This document shows, piece by piece, positions 60,617-64,000 of a DNA stretch of 64,000 bases. The position numbers and the translations under genes were made by a program. The DNA comes from Eledone cirrhosa (taxonomy: Eukaryota): positions 39,804,001-39,868,000 of the forward strand of contig OZ024748.1 of NCBI GenBank assembly GCA_964016885.1, read 5' to 3'. The notes under the pieces were generated by a model, which did not search any database, was not told where the DNA came from, and saw nothing but the letters and a program-made list of their open reading frames with translations. The stretch's first letter is position 1. The number at the start of each line of letters is the position of its first letter.

Positions 60617-63600
60617 TCAAGGATCAATTTCCCCCTCGTCCTTCTGCATATGAAAGTCTGCTGTCCAGGTTGGTGGTTTGCGACTTCTTTGCGATCTCCG
60701 CAGTGTTGGGGCGGCACTTTGGGTTTCCTCTTCCTCGGAGTCCGTTGACACAGTGATTCTACGGACATCCAGGACATGACGTGGTACTCCGTCCAAGGAC
60801 ACATTGTTCTGGGAATTTATGGCCGTCACCGTTCCCCTTCCCCATTGAGATGTGCAACGTGCATATGGGGGCTTAACCCAGACTTCTTCGCCCACCTGCA
60901 CGAATGCACTCTCTCTCCCCACTGGCCGTTGTGATGGCGTGCACGGGTGCCGCCACTCGTATCTGAATACTGCTCTGTGTGGCACCGATTCCTCGACCTG
61001 TCTCACCCGAGGGGACATGTTGTACCAGAACACTGCCTCCATTGATGAGATATGACCCCGCTCCACCATTGCCTTGATCGTCCGGTGGTGTCGCTCTACA
61101 ATTCCATTCCCGCTCGGCCTGTGCGCTGCTCTGAAGAAACGGTCCACCTTCCATCCATCGAGCATCTCCCTCAGCGCCTCCGAGCGCAACGCTGCGCTGT
61201 TGTCCATCAGCAGTTCGTCCACAGGGCCCCGCTCCAAGAACACCTCTCTCAACGTCCGCATGATTTCCTCGGCCGTTCCAGTCTTCATCTCCCTCCATAT
61301 CGCCATCCGTCCTGATCCACAGTCGACCATCGAGAGGTACGTTCCCTGTCGATAGTGTGTTACATCCACCGCCAATCGCTTCCAGTCGCGATCCACCGAG
61401 AGGCTTCCCGTTTCGTGCACACCCGGGGCGGGATCAATGGACTGACATCGGACGCAGCCTCTAACCACCCTTTGAACACTGTGTCTGTTAACGTCCGAGT
61501 CGATTCTCCTGGCTAGGAACAGGCTCCTATCCACTCCCATGTGGTGCATGTCATGCAACCCTTTCAGATCCGACTCGGTCAGCCGACACACGGCAGCTAT
61601 CTCATCATCTACCTCCTCCGGTGCTTCCATCCAGGCTTTATTCACCCTAGTTAAGACGTCCGCCCTATTTTTCTCTGAGAGCACGAAAACTACACTCAGC
61701 TTCGGGTCGAACTCGGTGGCCAGCTCTCCTAAAGTTCCCAGGCGGCGCTTTATCAGCATCTCCGCCGCCCCTCTCGTTCGCACTCTCTTCTCACTGGTGA
61801 GCACTGATCTCACCCATCCGAGTACAGTAGCCGAGTCGGTGCGTATCTCGATGGATGCGCATTCCCCACCTCAGGGCGAGGTTCACCCCTCTCAACACTG
61901 CGTCCAGTTCGGCTACATTGATGTGGTTGCAGTCGTCCTTCTTCCTAAGCCAGGCTGCATCCTCGACCTCAACACCTCCTATCTCCAACGTGACACCCAG
62001 CGCTATGCTGCTGGCATCGCACCATACGGTCCCGCTCTGTGATTTGGGAACATACCACCCTCCCCACGAACTCCTGCATCGTGACCATCTCTTGACATAG
62101 CTGCATGCCGTCCGGAGCCACCCAGCAATCGGGTAGTCACCCACCAACTTTCCACACACCGAGAAAAGCTCCCGCCTACTCATACTTGGGCCCAGTTCTG
62201 GAACTTCATTTCCCCTCTGGAATACCAAGACGCCCGTCCTGGCTCGCCGTAGCCTAAGTCCCAGCACGGCTCCTCCCTCCAACGCTTCTGACGGTTTCGC
62301 AGCCAGTCCATACCCCTGTAAATGGCTCCTGACCTCCGCCGCCGACACCACAAACTCGTCCACTAGGATGTCGTCATGTAGGAGTTAGTGGCCCTCTTCA
62401 TCTTGTCGGCCTTTCCCAGAATGGCCTTGAGGACCACCGCCATGATCTTCGGTGCGGAGCTCAGCCCGAAACCGAGCCTGGTCAGGCAATGTGTCCGGCC
62501 CTTATACCTGACCAACTGATACTGCCAGAGCTTCTCATCTATATGCAATTGCAAGTATGCCGACTTTAGATCTACGATTGCGTCTCCACTCACGCAGGGT
62601 TTCCCCCACAGAAATCCGTGACCTCGCCACTCGTGTGGCATGACACGTGCTCGTTCAGTTCCCGAAGGTCCAGCACCGGCCTCACCTTGTTCTTCGTGGG
62701 TTGCGCCACCGCCATTAACGGCAATACTCCGCACTTCACCTCCTCTTTCCAGGGAAGCAGTATGCCCTCCTCAATCCATCTCTCTACCTCTCGCTCGAAC
62801 TCGCCCCTAATGTTTCCCTTCAATGTGTGTTGATAGCAGCCCACTTTGGTCTTCAGTGTTGGTGGTTCTCTCTTCCAGTACCACTCAACAACCCATCGCT
62901 GCCTATCGAACACGGCCTTGAAGTCTTTGTCCTGCACAGTGTAAGCGGGGTATTTCTCCTCGTGGGCCTTCTGGTTCTCCTGTCGCGTACTCACAGCGCA
63001 TACCGATGCAGCGGCACCAAACGACACACCGACGTTGTTCACTGTGACGCCTCCTAGACGGCAAATTGCGTCCATGCCCATAACCACGCCGATCCCATCC
63101 ACCACGCTGTCTACTACGATGGCAGAAAGCCTTATTTTCCTTCCCCGTACCGCTATTTCCATCTCGCTGCGATCTCGGCATTCAATTTTCGTGCCATCGA
63201 CTGCCCTTACGCTGCTCTTCCCTCTTCACCTCTGCGCCACCCCCGCGATCACCAGTGTCGTCGTACAACCCGTGTCCACGAGGGCTCGCTGTGGCTTTCC
63301 CCTCACGAAGACACCCACCACGGAGAGCGCCTCTACTCGTAACGGGCAACTACCGGCGCAGTAGTTCCTCTTGGATCGTTTCCCTGGTCGCAGTTAGTAG
63401 CGATGTGGCCTGGTCGCTTACACCGGTAGCATATTATTTCCGGCCTTGACTCTCTGCAGTCTCTAGCCATGTGCGGGCCCTGGCACCGAAAACAGCGACC
63501 TCTAAACGTTCGCGGGCGACCGCGTGCCGTGGTTGCCTACCTTTCACCATTTCGCTGCCAGCTGTCTTGAGCCTCTGTAGTTGCTATCGCCGCGACACTC

Positions 63601-64000
63601 TTCTTGGCATCTTCTGCTATGATCCGGGCTATTTCCACCAGTGAACGCATTTCCATTTCTTTGTAACCCGGGACTTGCTGCAGTTTCACCGCTATCTCGT
63701 CTGGAATTCCATTTATGAACGCCAACCGCACCGTGCGTTCGCATTCCACCTGATATCCAGCCAACATGGCCAATCGCCGTATTTCCGCTGCGAAAAGGTC
63801 AACGCGTTCACCGTTCCATCTAATTCTTGCCAGGTTAGCGAAAGCGGCTAACGGTCCCTCTGCGAACGCTTCCATCATGCGCCTCTCAATCTTTTGCGCA
63901 TCTCTTTGGCTGTGTTCGTCCAACTCAAGGAAGAGTACCAACGCGTCCCACTCGACGTACAGTGCCATGAGGCCAGCCACATCTTCTATCTTCTGCAAGC
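60617..64000 (-). mobile_element. Gypsy/Ty3 LTR retrotransposon internal region (gag-PR-RT-RH-IN), frameshifted, runs off the window
   Basis: gag with CCHC knuckles, ALVDTG protease, RPVLDLRELN/DLKSAYLQ/RLGFGLSSAP RT, CDASS..HINVAEL RNase H, HHMG..C..C/DVTH/MDN/GNGIVER integrase; PPT-like GAGGGGGAAA at the end. Confidence 0.92.

Overview
AT-rich, repeat-dominated animal genomic DNA. The SINE, microsatellite and LINE content resembles an octopod cephalopod, but this is inferred and not proven. The only host genes are three tryptophanase/tyrosine phenol-lyase (beta-eliminating lyase, PLP fold I) homologues on the + strand. One has the PLP lysine and tryptophanase signature residues (45915-47294). 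The other two are near-identical copies in a ~6.3 kb duplication (4434-5931 and 39454-40951) in which the PLP lysine is replaced by Arg. The two types have lost reciprocal halves of the shared active site. The Lys-bearing gene lacks the trans-acting GDExY (Glu69/Tyr71, TPL numbering) motif, while the Lys-less genes keep that motif and the trans YGGxAGRD loop but have lost the cis residues. This suggests an obligate enzyme/pseudoenzyme heterodimer. All three share a phase-2 splice acceptor at the same codon position. The second main observation is a 29 x 54 bp minisatellite (50460-52025) whose monomer is exactly one minimal hammerhead ribozyme, plus several solo hammerheads in Penelope-like relics. 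The rest is Tx1/L1, R4/Dong and RTE LINEs, Helitron, Tc1/mariner and Gypsy relics, SINEs, telomere-like (CCCTAA)n tracts and minisatellites.
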